A stretch of 64,000 nucleotides of DNA from Macrostomum lignano (lineage: Eukaryota). The stretch is from the NCBI GenBank assembly GCA_002269645.1, contig NIVC01000202.1:671131-735130 (forward strand), given 5' to 3'. A model generated the notes under the pieces. The model did no database searches. It was not told where the DNA came from and saw only the letters and a list, made by a program, of their open reading frames with translations. Shown one piece after another: positions 27,475 through 40,227 of the stretch; position 1 is the first letter of the stretch; every line of letters starts with the position of its first letter. A program made the translations under genes and the position numbers.

Positions 27475-28120
27475 CAAACAACAACAACAACAACAACAAA
27501 GTACGCTGTCAGGTGAAAAAAAGCAGCGTCACAGGGCACGCTTCAGAGCCTGGGCGCGAACAAAGGCCGCACCGCCGGCAGAGTCCGGGGCGCCAGCGTC
27601 GGCCAGCAGGCAGTCGACGAAACGCCGAGTTCGGGCCTGGCCGCGCCGGTAGTAGGGTGCCTGCAGCGTTAGCAGCAGCACCTCCTGCACCGGCTGCGGG
27701 CAGTAGGACTCGGCGCGGATGATGTGGCCTGCCAGCTGGAGTCGCCGAAGTCGCAGCAGTTCACTTGGACGGGCCAAGCCGGCGCGGCGATAGAGTGCCG
27801 CGTTGGTGATCCGCTCGTCGCTGATCTCAAAGGCGGCACGCAGCAGGCCAGCAGAATCCGTCAGCGTCCAGGTCTCGGCGTTGTACAACAGAACGGTCTC
27901 GACTACCGCCTGGAACAGCGTCGCCCTCTGGCGGTCAGGTAGGGCCTCGGACTGCAGGACCGCCCTCACAGAGCGAAAGGCAGCCCAGGCAAGCCCGCGG
28001 CGACGCCGCAGATCTTCGCGGACGTCAGGTACCAGACCGCCGAGGTAGACGAACTGCTGACAGCGCGGAAGCTCCGTTACCTGCCCGCCAGAAGTGCACT
28101 CCTTCATCGAACTGAACACT
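27475..28120 (-). mobile_element. 5'-truncated non-LTR retrotransposon (RTE/RTEX-like) 3' end
   Basis: ORF 28119-27529 has RT C-terminal motifs FVYLGG, RRGLAWAAF, LFQAVVETVLLYNAETWTLT, RRLQLAGHIIR. Short 3'UTR, then a (TTG)n tail (CAA repeats at 27475-27500). Apparent internal deletion after ETWTLTDS. Confidence 0.8.
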
Positions 28121-28564
28121 GCTTGGTACCCGTATTCAGTTGACTATAGTATCTGCGCCATAGACTATGGAAAGTTGGAGAAAAAACTTCATTCATTGAT
28201 TCCCTGAAAAAGTATTGTACTACTGTTGTATCTTGTAAGCTAGCCAGAGAATAAACCTATACAGTGAGTTCAAAGCCCCCATGAGACTTGGCGCCGCTTC
28301 ATCAGCCGCAAACTCACTCCCAGATGCTGCAGGAAGCAAGAGAGGCCAGGTGTAACGCTCCATCCCCTATACTGCCCGCCGAAGCGGAAAGCATTCCCCG
28401 CAGAGCCAGCCTGTCACGTGCGCTTCATCTTCCGCTATCCTTGATCCTACTGTGCCAGAATCTTCTTGCGCTTTTTATTGACTGTTCATTCTATGTTTTC
28501 ACATCAGGTTAGACTGTTTACAGCAGAAGAAATTCCCCATTTTTCAAGAAAGAGAAGCGTCATG

Positions 28565-29605
28565 CTGTTGAGAACAGACACCATCCGAGCAAAGCTGGTG
28601 TTGAGAACAGACACCATCTGAGCAGAGCTGGTGTTGAGAACAGACACCATCCGAGCAGAGCTGGTGTTGAGAACAGACACCATCTGAGCAGAGCTGGTGT
28701 TGAGAACAGACACCATCTGAGCAGAGCTAGTGTTGAGAACAGACACCATCTGAGCAGAGCTAGTGTTGAGAACAGACACCATCTGAGCAGAGCTAGTGTT
28801 GAGAACAGACACCATCTGAGCAGAGCTGGTGTTGAGAACAGACAGACACCATCCGAGCAGAGCTGGTGTTGAGAACAGACAGACACCATCCGAGCAGAGC
28901 TGGTGTTGAGAACAGACACCATTGAGCAGAGCTGGTGTTGAGAACAGACACTATCCGAGCAGAGCTGGTGTTGAGAACAGACAGACACCATCCCAGCAGA
29001 GCTGGTGTTGAGAACAGACAGACACCATCCGAGCAGAGCTGGTGTTGAGAACAGACAGACACCATCCGAGCAAAGCTGGTGTTGAGAACAGACAGACACC
29101 ATCCGAGCAGAGCTGGTGTTGAGAACAGACACCATCCGAGCAGAGCTGGTGTTGAGAACAGACACCATCCGAGCAGAGCTGGTGTTGAGAACAGACACTA
29201 TCCGAGCAGAGCTGGTGTTGAGAACAGACAGACACCATCCGAGCAGAGCTGGTGTTGAGAACAGACACTATCCGAGCAGAGCTGGTGTTGAGAACAGACA
29301 GACACCATCCGAGCAGAGCTGGTGTTGAGAACAGACAGACACCATCCGAGCAGAGCTGGTGTTGAGAACAGACAGACATCATCCGAGCAGAGCTGGTGTT
29401 GAGAACAGACAGACACCATCCGAGCAGAGCTGGTGTTGAGAACAGACAGACATCATCCGAGCAGAGCTGGTGTTGAGAACAGACACCATCCGAGCAGAGC
29501 TGGTGTTGAGAACAGACAGACACCATCCGAGCAAAGCTGGTGTTGAGAACAGACGCTATCAAAGCAGATCTGGTGTTGAGAACAGACACCATTGAGCAGA
29601 GCTAT
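28565..29605. repeat. 33/37-bp minisatellite
   Basis: Unit GAGAACAGAC(AGAC)ACCATCCGAGCAGAGCTGGTGTT, about 30 copies. Confidence 0.95.
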
Positions 29606-30111
29606 GCCTTGAGTTGATATCGCCACGAATGCAGTTTCAAGCTAGCCAACAATTGTACTTTTAAATTTCATTAACTGGGACCCAAGAAACCGGGGGTAGA
29701 TTTTCCAGTCATGTCGAAATTCCAAACGCAGAGAAACCAATTGCGTTAGGTTAGAATCGAGCCAAACAAACAATTTGTGTCGCAGAGATTGGAAATAAAT
29801 CGCATTAATCATATGCTGCAAGAGAACGCCTGTGGCCAGCATTTGTACTGCCTGCCGGCCAGCCTGTCTATGCAAATAAGTGCAAGGAGACGGGCCCTTT
29901 CGCACCGGCTCTCTTCTACTAAAGCTGCGCATTCCGCTTCACCGACCGCCAATTGAAGCCTCGGGGTCTGCGACCCCGGGACACAAACTCGGGCCAACTC
30001 AATTACGCCAGTTGGAGCTCGGGGAGGGGGCGGCTGACGGGCAACGGGTCGAGAAAGAATTACTAGTGGCGATGGAATGAAACTGACTGTGCGCTCTGTT
30101 CGGCTTCGTTC

Positions 30112-30412
<301 letters not shown>

Positions 30413-30722
30413 CGTTCACACTTGGATTGGTAAATAGACTATCGAGAGATAATTTAGGCTCAGCTCGCGATTGCGGTCAGCTGCGAAGTGCAGTCCCCCC
30501 CACACAGTGGCCAAAGTCCGGCCAGCCAATCAGAGACGGCCTGGCTCAGAGGAAGGCGGAGCAATTTATAGGCTTCAATCCACCGCAATAGACGAGTGCT
30601 AGCGTCTCAGATTTTGTCCCCAACTGCTTGGGCCAGCCGGCCAGCTCTCCACTATCCAGCGCAACCAACTGCTGCCATTCAGGTAGCGCGCCGTGCTGCG
30701 AGCGCATTGGAACGGTTTATGG

Positions 30723-33700
30723 ATGACTGGCGGCGGCTCGTCGACCGATACGGATCGCTGCCAACCGCGCACTCAGCAGCAGCGAGAGCGGCGTCCGACG
30801 CAGCCGCTGTGGCTAAATCTCGGCACCGCTCTTTTGCTGGCTTTGGCAGCGATGTCTGTCTTCGTGCCCGGCGTTCGGTCCTTTCGGTGCAGCGGTGAGT
30901 GTTTGACTACTGCTGCCTTGGTTGTTGAATGTTTTGAGTGTCTGGGATGGTGTTGAGTGTTCTGCGGCTGTGGGTGTCTGTGATGTTGTTGAATGTCCTG
31001 CGGCTGTGGGTGTCTGTGATGTTGTTGAGTGTCCTGCGGCTGTGTGTCTCTTTATTGTTGTTGAATGTCCTGCGGCTGTGGGTGTCTGTGATGTTGTTGA
31101 ATGTCCTGCGGCTGTGGGTGTCTGTGATGTTGTTGAGTGTCCTGCGGCTGTGTGTCTCTTTATTGTTGTTGAATGTCCTGCGGCTGTGGGTGTCTGTGAT
31201 GTTGTTGAATGTCCTGCGGCTGTGGGTGTCTGTGATGGTGTTTAATGTCCTGCGGCTGTGGGTGTCTGTGATGGTGTTGAATGTCCTGCGGCTGTGGGTG
31301 TCTGTGATGTTGTTGAATGTCCTGCGGCTGTGGGTGTCTGTGATGTTGTTGAATGTCCTGCGGCTGTGTGTCTCTTTATTGTTGTTGAATGTCCTGCGGC
31401 TGTGTGTCTCTTTATTGTTGTTGAATGTCCTGCGGCTGTGGGTGTCTGTGATGTTGTTGAATGTCCTGCGGCTGTGGGTGTCTGTGATGTTGTTGAGTGT
31501 CCTGCGGCTGTGGGTGTCTGTGATGTTGTTGAGTGTCCTGCGGCTGTGGGTGTCTGTGATGTTGTTGAATGTCCTGCGGCTGTGAGCTAAGAACAGAGCT
31601 TGTCATTGCACGAATCTCAACAGTAATCAATTTCGATTGCTCACTCCTGCAGCGCATGAGACCGTGTACCACAGCAACTTCTCAAGCTCGGGCGAGCTGA
31701 AGTCTCCGAACTATGGGCACTCCAGCTTCCCCAAAGGGATTTGCTTCTCCTTTGTATTGCTGACCGGCCCGACTAAGGTCATCCAGCTGCGGCTCATCGA
31801 GTTTCAGATCGGCCAGGAGAACTCGGGGTGAGAGGGCCTGGCTGGGTCAAGCGGATTGCAAATTGTAACTCAATTCTTGTTATTAATAAGCATTAATGCT
31901 GGCTTGATGCAGTCATCCGAGTTCTTTTGGATCTCGATGGTAAAAATTAAACAGAATCAATGCGAGGTAAAAATTTTGCAATCAATTTGATCATTTCGAG
32001 TTATATCAGGTCATTTAGGGTTATGTCAGTTCATTTTCGGTTATGTCAGATCAGTTCGGGTTATGTCAGGTCATTTTGGGCTATGTTAGGTCATTTTCGG
32101 TTATGTCAGATCATTTTCGGTTATGTCAGATCATTTTCGGTTATGTCAGATCATTTTCGGTTATGTCAGGTCATTTTCGGTTATGTCAGGTCATTTTCGG
32201 TTATGCCATGTCATTTTCGGTTATTTCAGGTCATTTTCGGTTATATCAGGTCATTTTGGGTTATGTCAGGTCATTTTCGGCTATGTCAGATCATTTCGGG
32301 TTACGTCAGGTCATTTTCGGTTATGTCAGATCATTTCGGGTTACGTCAGGTCATTTTCGGTTATGTCAGATCAGTTCGGGTTATATCAGATCATTTCGGA
32401 TTACACTCATTCTCCGATGGGATGTGCACTCATTCTCCAATGAGATGTGCACTCATTCTCCAAAGAGATGTGCACTCATTCTCCAATGAGATTTGCACTC
32501 ATTCTCCAATGAGATGTGCACTCATTCTCCAATGGGATGTGCACTTATTCTCCAATGAGATTTGCACTTATTCTCGCTCCATACTGTGTTGCCACCCTGT
32601 CGCAGTAACTGATAAAACTGGCTTTATAAAAACGGTGGGAGCTGGGGATTCCAAAGCGGAGCTGCGGAGTTTGAGAGGATCGGGAGGGATGGGGCTTGGA
32701 GCCGCAGGGTCTATGGAGCTCCAACTCAGTGAAGTTCGGAGATGGGAAGAGAAATTGAGAAGGACTAGAAATTCTTTCGCCGCAAACTAGTTCGAGCTGA
32801 AGGGATCGAGGCGGATCGAGGGAACATCAAAATGGGATTCACACTCTGCTGGTCAAATCCCGATCCTCGCAGAGGGAGAGAACAGAAAAGAACCCCCCCC
32901 CCCTATTGATGGCACAGGATGAAAACAGACGAGGAAGTGCATTTGCAGCGAGAGCGGTAGCAGAGCTCTCAAGTCTCGAGAAACGGCCGATTACCACTTT
33001 GGCCGGCATGCACCTGCAGCTGTTGTTGCTGCTGCTGGTGGCGCGGTTCAATAGGGATATTTCTATCTGGGATCAAGGATTGATCTGTATCAAATGGCAG
33101 AAACTATCGCACCCGAATGTGCCTGGGGGTATCCGCCCACCTCTCTATTCCAGCATAGATTTCTCCAGGCCTGCGTGAGGATAAAATCGCTGGCCTCCAA
33201 GCCTCGGTGCAGGTGTACTTTTCTGGTCTTGGCTCCAGTTCTCTTTTGGAAAGAAGAGTTGGAAAATTTCTGCCTCCCTAACCTCGCCGGCCTTCTTCTC
33301 TACGGTGGCCGGCAGTTCCCCACCTCAGCAGCCCCCCCCCCGCGGGCCAAATCCCAGTGGTCCAGTTGTGTCTTGAGTAATTGAATTAATTAAGGTAAAT
33401 ACGCCACGGCAGGGGCCAGAGAGTATAAGTGGCACCTCAGAGTGACTCTCTCTCTCTCTGACTCTGAGTTCTCTGCCTCTCATTTCTCGCTTGTGAACTT
33501 CCCAAAAGCACTAACTGGATCACTCAATGCTCCTGAGCTTCCGCCCTCCCAATTCCCCGGCAAAGTAGCGCCGCTCCGGAAGCCGCCAGCGGGTGAAAGT
33601 GATCTGCGCTAAACTCTTCTGCCGGCAAAAAAACAATGGGATAGCGCTGGCAATTGCAGAAAATTACAAAAACTCTCCCTTTGTCATGCAAGCGTGCAAG

Positions 33701-36700
33701 CAGAACCCGTTTTTGCCCCACAAAAAATTCCTGCCGTCATATTTTCGTTTAGACTCCCGAGTCGATTTCTCAGTCATCATTTCTGTCTTATCTGCTCATT
33801 AAGCGGTCATCTGAGCAGTCGATTTTGCAAGCGTGAGGACAGAGGAGAGGCCGCCATACCCCCCCCCCACAGTCCAGCCCTCTTCCTCAGAGTTCAGATC
33901 CAGTCAGTTGCTCCTTTCCAGCTCACTTTGAACTCACTTTTGAGCCCGGGCTTTCCAGCCTCCCAGCCTCATCTTGCCCGAGGGGCAGCGGGTAGACTCG
34001 AAGGGGAGCGGCGGGGCTCCCTTGACTTTTCCTTTCCTCATTACTTCTCTCCGTTTACCTACCGAGCTGCCGTCCTGCCCTCCTCACACTCTGCTAGACC
34101 TTCCGCATGCCTTCTGCGCGCAATGCTTTTTTATCTGTCTGGCTATAGTGTCAACTCCTGTTCGCTTTTGCCCACTAATCTCCCAATCACTTCTCACTTC
34201 CCCTCTCTGTCTTCTCTCCATATCTCCCTCCCTCTCATTTCCTCACCTTCTCTTATTTCTCATCTCTCATCTCTCATCTCCCATCTCCAATCTCCAATCT
34301 CCCATCTCCCATCTCCTATCCCCCCATCTCACATCTCCAATCTCCCATCTCTCCTCTCTCATCTCAAATCTCCCCTCTCTCCTCTCCCATCTCCTATCTC
34401 CCATCTCCCATCTCCTATCTTCCATATCCCATCCCCCATCTCTCATCTGTTTTCTCCCATCTCCCATCTTCAGTCTCCCATCTCGCGTCTCTCATCTCAT
34501 ATCTGTTCTCTCCCATCTTTTCTCACCCATCTTCCATCTCCCATCCCCATCTTCAATCTCCCATCTCCCATCTTCAATCTCCGATCTATCAACTCTCATC
34601 TCCATCTCCCATCTCCCATCAGTCTCTCCGTTTTCCTCACCTACTCTCGCATCCCCTCTCTCTCCTTCTACTCCCTGCTTCTTCTAGAAGCTGTGAGCTG
34701 ACAGCTGACTGGGAGACGCGGCATTCTCAGCACTAGAAGCATGCATTGGGGCCGTGGGCCATGGCAGAGGGTGGCTGGTTGCAGAAATTCTCACACCATT
34801 GAGCTGCGACCGCACTCAATTCAATCAGACTCTGCGCCCGGATTGAAAAGTGCACTGCATCGGCCTCTCGCTTCGCAGGATTTAGTTAAGGGAAGAAAAG
34901 TAGAAAGAGGAAAGCTTCAAGTTATATATGAGCAGTTTTATCTGGATTATAGGCTCATGCATGTCAGGCTTTTTATGCTTGTTGAGACGATTGGCCATCT
35001 CTATTTTTTAGAGCATAAAATTTTTTCTCAGGCACACAATATTTATTCTGCAGCGGAGACTATCCTTCAAAACAAAAATAGCTATTTCAATTTTATGTAC
35101 CTCTTGAGCGAAACTGAGGATAGTCAAATAAGAAAACTATTGGACATAGGGGTTTTGGCAGTTTTTGCACCTCGTAAAACAGCCTAGAAAAAAGCACTGA
35201 CAAACCGTGCACTTGTTCTCAATCAGGCTCGTTTTTTGCTTCTTCCATTGGCGACTCCTATCTCCTACCATGCATCTCCCGTCTCCCATCTCCCGTCTCC
35301 AATATACCATCTCTCATCTCCCATCTCCCGTCTCTCATCTCCCGTCTCCCGTCTCTCATCTCCCGTCTCCCGTCTCCCATCTCCCGTCTCTCATCTCCCG
35401 TCTCCCGTCTCCCATCTCCCGTCTCTCATCTCCCGTCTCCCGTCTCCCATCTCCCATCTTCCGTCTCCCATCTCCCATCTCCCGTCTCCCATCTCCCGTC
35501 TCCAATATACCATCTTTCATCTCCCATCTCCCGTCTCTCATCTCCCATCTCCCGTCTCCCATCTCCCGTCTCCAATATACCATCTCTCATCTCCCATCTC
35601 CCGTCTCTCATCTCCCGTCTCTCATCTCCCGTCTCCCGTCTCCCATCTCCCGTCTCTCATCTCCCGTCTCCCGTCTCCCATCTCCCGTCTCCCGTCTCCC
35701 ATCTCCCGTCTCCCATCTCCCGTCTCCCGTCTCCCATCTCCCGTCTCCCATCTCCCATCTCCCGTCTCCCATCTCCCGTCTCCCATCTCCCGTCTCCCAT
35801 CTCCCGTCTCCCATCTCCCGTCTCCCGTCTCCCGTCTCCCATCTCCCGTCTCCCATCTCCCGTCTCCCATCTCCCGTCTCCCATCTCCCGTCTCCCATCT
35901 CCCGTCTCCCATCTCCCGTCTCCCATCTCCCGTCTCCCGTCTCCCGTCTCCCATCTCCCGTCTCCCGTCTCCCATCTCCCGTCTCCCATCTCCCGTCTCC
36001 CATCTCCCGTCTCCCGTCTCCAATCTCCCGTCTCCCATCTCCCGTCTCCCGTCTCCCGTCTCCCGTCTCCCGTCTCCCGTCTCCCGTCTCCCGTCTCCCG
36101 TCTCCCATCTCCCGTCTCCCATCTCCCGTCTCCCGTCTCCCGTCTCCCGTCTCCCATCTCCCGTCTCCCATCTCCCGTCTCCCATCTCCCGTCTCCCATC
36201 TCCCGTCTCCCATCTCCCGTCTCCCATCTCCCGTCTCCCATCTCCCGTCTCCCATCTCCCGTCTCCCATCTCCCGTCTCCCATCTCCCGTCTCCCATCTC
36301 CCGTCTCCCATCTCCCGTCTCCCATCTCCCGTCTCCCATCTCCCGTCTCCCATCTCCCGTCTCCCATCTCCCGTCTCCCATCTCCCGTCTCCCATCTCCC
36401 GTCTCCCATCTCCCGTCTCCCATCTCCCGTCTCCCATCTCCCGTCTCCCATCTCCCGTCTCCCATCTCCCGTCTCCCATCTCCCGTCTCCCATCTCCCGT
36501 CTCTCATCTCCCGTCTCCCGTCTCCAGTCTTCCATCTCCCGTCTCCCATCTCCCGTCTCCCATCTCCCGTCTCCCATCTCCCGTCTCCCATCTCCCGTCT
36601 CCCATCTCCCGTCTCCCATCTCCCGTCTCCCGTCTCCCGTCTCCCATCTCCCGTCTCCCATCTCCCGTCTCCCGTCTCCCGTCTCCCGTCTCCCGTCTCC

Positions 36701-39700
36701 CGTCTCCCGTCTCCCGTCTCCCGTCTCCCATCTCCCGTCTCCCATCTCCCGTCTCCCATCTCCCGTCTCCCATCTCCCGTCTCTCATCTCCCGTCTCCCA
36801 TCTCCCGTCTCTCATCTCCCGTCTCCCATCTCCCGTCTCCCATCTCCCGTCTCCCATCTCCCGTCTCCCATCTCCCGTCTCCCGTCTCCAGTCTTCCATC
36901 TCCCGTCTCCCATCTCCCGTCTCCCATCTCCCGTCTCCCATCTCCCGTCTCCCATCTCCCGTCTCCCATCTCCCGTCTCCCGTCTCCCGTCTCCCATCTC
37001 CCGTCTCCCATCTCCCGTCTCCCATCTCCCGTCTCCCATCTCCCGTCTCCCATCTCCCGTCTCCCATCTCCCGTCTCCCATCTCCCGTCTCCCATCTCCC
37101 GTCTCCCATCTCCCGTCTCCCATCTCCCGTCTCCCATCTCCCGTCTCCCATCTCCCGTCTCCCATCTCCCGTCTCCCATCTCCCATCTCATATCTCTCAT
37201 ATATCTCATCTCCTATCTCCCATCTCCCATCTCCCACCTTTCATCTCCCATCTCTCATTTCCAATCTCCCATCTCCCATCTCCCACCTCTTATCTCCCAT
37301 ATCCCATCTCCAAACTCCATCTCGTTCAAATGAATCAGGTATGGGTTTTCTCCAAGGTCAAGCTAGAAGTTTATCCATAATAAGTTCAACACAATGAAAT
37401 GTTGAAAATCTCAAAACCCATCGCTGTTGCTAAACCGCCCACCGCAGCTGCAAGCTGGAATTCGTGGACATCTACGTGGAGGGCAGCTACCTGCGCAGGC
37501 TGTGCGGCGATAAATCCGGCAGCGAAATCCGCGGCCTGTCCAACGTCACCCTGGTGCTCTACGCTGAGTACGGCAACTACAGCGCGCTGCGGGACAGGAC
37601 CTCGAATGGCTTCCGGATTCGATATGAGTTCCAAGAGAAAGGTAGCTCCCTCCCACCTTCACCTCACTCTCGCCTGCATCTCCCTCCCACCTTCACCTCA
37701 CTCTCGCCTGCATCTCCCTCCCACCTTCACCTCACTCTCACCTGCATCTCCCTCACACCTTCACCTCACTCTCACCTGCATCTCCCTCCCACCTTCACCT
37801 CACTCTCACCTGCATCTCCCTCACACCTTCACCTCACTCTCACCTGCATCTCCCTACCACCTTCACCTCACTCTCGCCTGCATCCCACTCCTTAATTTTC
37901 CTCTAACTTTCATCTCACTCTCACATTAATCTCCCCCACACCTTCATCTCCATCTCATACCTACATCTCTCTCTCGCACCTTTATCTACCTCTCACAGCT
38001 TTATCTCGCTCTCACGCCCTTCTCCCTTCTCCCTTTCCATTCCTATTTCCATCTTAACAACTACTCTACTCCTATATACACATGTATAAATCCCGACATA
38101 TAGCAAATACTCGCCCTTCGCCCTAGCAACAATTTCTGCTAGTGGCGGCTGAAACGTGGGCAGCGGGAAGCGGCCCAGAAAATGCAATCAACAGCCAAGC
38201 GAGCATCAGGTGCTAAGTGCTAAGAGGCAAAGGCCTGCAGCATGGGAGAAAATTTATTATTCCCATTAGCTAAACCGAATTGGTGCTCGGAGACTGGGGA
38301 CTGGGGGGGGGTGGCGAAACGCCCGATCCGACTGCCTGCTCCCCGCCTCCAGTCCCCGTGGGAGGAAAATCTTCAACAATGTCTGTTGCTCGTCCCTCAC
38401 AATGGAAGCACCGCAGTTTTTCTTCTCAATCGATTTCTGCGCGACCCCGGTGATTTGTGAAATTTTTGGAAGTGGTAGGGGTTGTAGCCTAGTGGTCAGA
38501 GCGTCAGACTCACGACTGAAAGGTCGGGGGTTCGATTCTCGATCTCGAACAATTTGTGCCCTTGAGTGGGACACTTAACTCTGCATTGCTTCAGTTCACC
38601 CAGCTGTAAAATGGGTGCCAGCATTAGCTGGGGTAATTGAGGGTGTGTGTGGCGACCCCCCAGTCCTTGGACTGAACAGCCGTACGCAGCCTTCAGATGC
38701 GGTGTATTGAGGTATATTATTGAAAACAAGAATTATTATTTGAAGGCAGGAATTTAGTCACTTTGTGTGTGATATGCAAGCAACTCGGAGTAGTCACCGC
38801 CCTGCTCTCTGCTGAAGTAGCACTGACACAGCCGGGAGCGTCTCTCTCATCTCCCAGCAAGTCGTCACGATGTCATTCAGTTTCTTATAATAAAAAATAA
38901 TCAAATAATTGAACACACCTGCTCTTAATGAGCAGATGTGCAACCGACAGCTCAGCCGCAGCTAGTGCGCGGCGCATCTGAAGGCTGCGTACGGCTGTTC
39001 AGTCCAAGGACTGGGGGGTCGCCACACACCCTCAATCACCCCAGCTAATGCTGGCACCCTTTTTATAGCTGGGTGAACTGAAGCAATGCAGAGTTAAGTG
39101 TCTTGCTAAAGGACACAAATTGTTTTAGTGGGATCGAGAATCGAACCCCCGACCTTCAAGTCGTGAGTCCGACGCTCTGACCACTAGGCTACAACCCTTC
39201 AGTTTCTACTTAAATAGTGCGGGGACCTGGCAAGCTGTCATGGTTCGTTCCCCCTGTTTCAGCAATAGTATTCCTTGGTTTAATTTTTCCGAGTATCTAG
39301 AAAAGAATGCATTCCCAAGGGCAGAGAGTGTACATGCCTAACTATGCGAAAGTCAGCGCCGCTGTACATGCACAGCTCTCTCTGTGAACCAGTCAGCACA
39401 CTAAGCTAAAATGCCCCATCTCATCATCGCAGGCGGCTGCGGGGTCACCAGGTTCAGCAGCGCAGAACAGTCGGCCGGGGTCATCAAGTCGCCAGGTTAC
39501 GACGGCTCCGGCTACCTGCCGCTGACCGACTGCACCTACGACATCATCGGCTCCCCCAACGAGCGGGTGGTGCTCAACTTTATTGACATTCACCTGGCTG
39601 AGTCTGTGCTGTGAGTCTCAGGGAATCACTTGAAAGTTAAGCAAAGTTGGCCTCGGTTAGTACGTGGCTAAATACAGTAGACGTTATTCAAAGTGACGCT

Positions 39701-40143
39701 GACTGCCACTTGGACGCTAATAGAAGCCAAAAATCTCGTGTGTCAAAGCTGCCCAGTCTAATTCCCTTACCGAATTCACGACCAATTTTCGCTATATTTT
39801 TATCATCTATCCCTCCGAACACTTTTTCGCCGCTCTGATGTCACAATAAATCTACGAAGATTGGCCTCCCCACTGCCCGCGAACCAAAAAAGCGTCAAAA
39901 ATTCGAAATCCAAGGCCACGGGCTAACTAAGCGCATTACAGCTCGGTCGGCCTGGTTTTATTGCTTAGTCCTTGTCGAGCTGATTGGGAGAGGAAGTGAG
40001 ACAGGGATCGGGAAAGGGCATAGAGGGAGAATTTCAATGCGAAAACGAGACCGGGCTGAGGCCAGCAAACCAACAAAATCAGGCAGTACCGCAGCAATCC
40101 AAGGCTTGTGGCTGCTCATAGCGCCTTCTCGTTCCAACAACTG

Positions 40144-40227
<84 letters not shown>

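Noticed and set aside
35207-37380. 708- and 714-aa ORFs (SHLPSP/GDGRRE repeats)
   Set aside because: Translations of the stop-free 7-bp satellite in several frames, lying inside an intron of the CUB gene.
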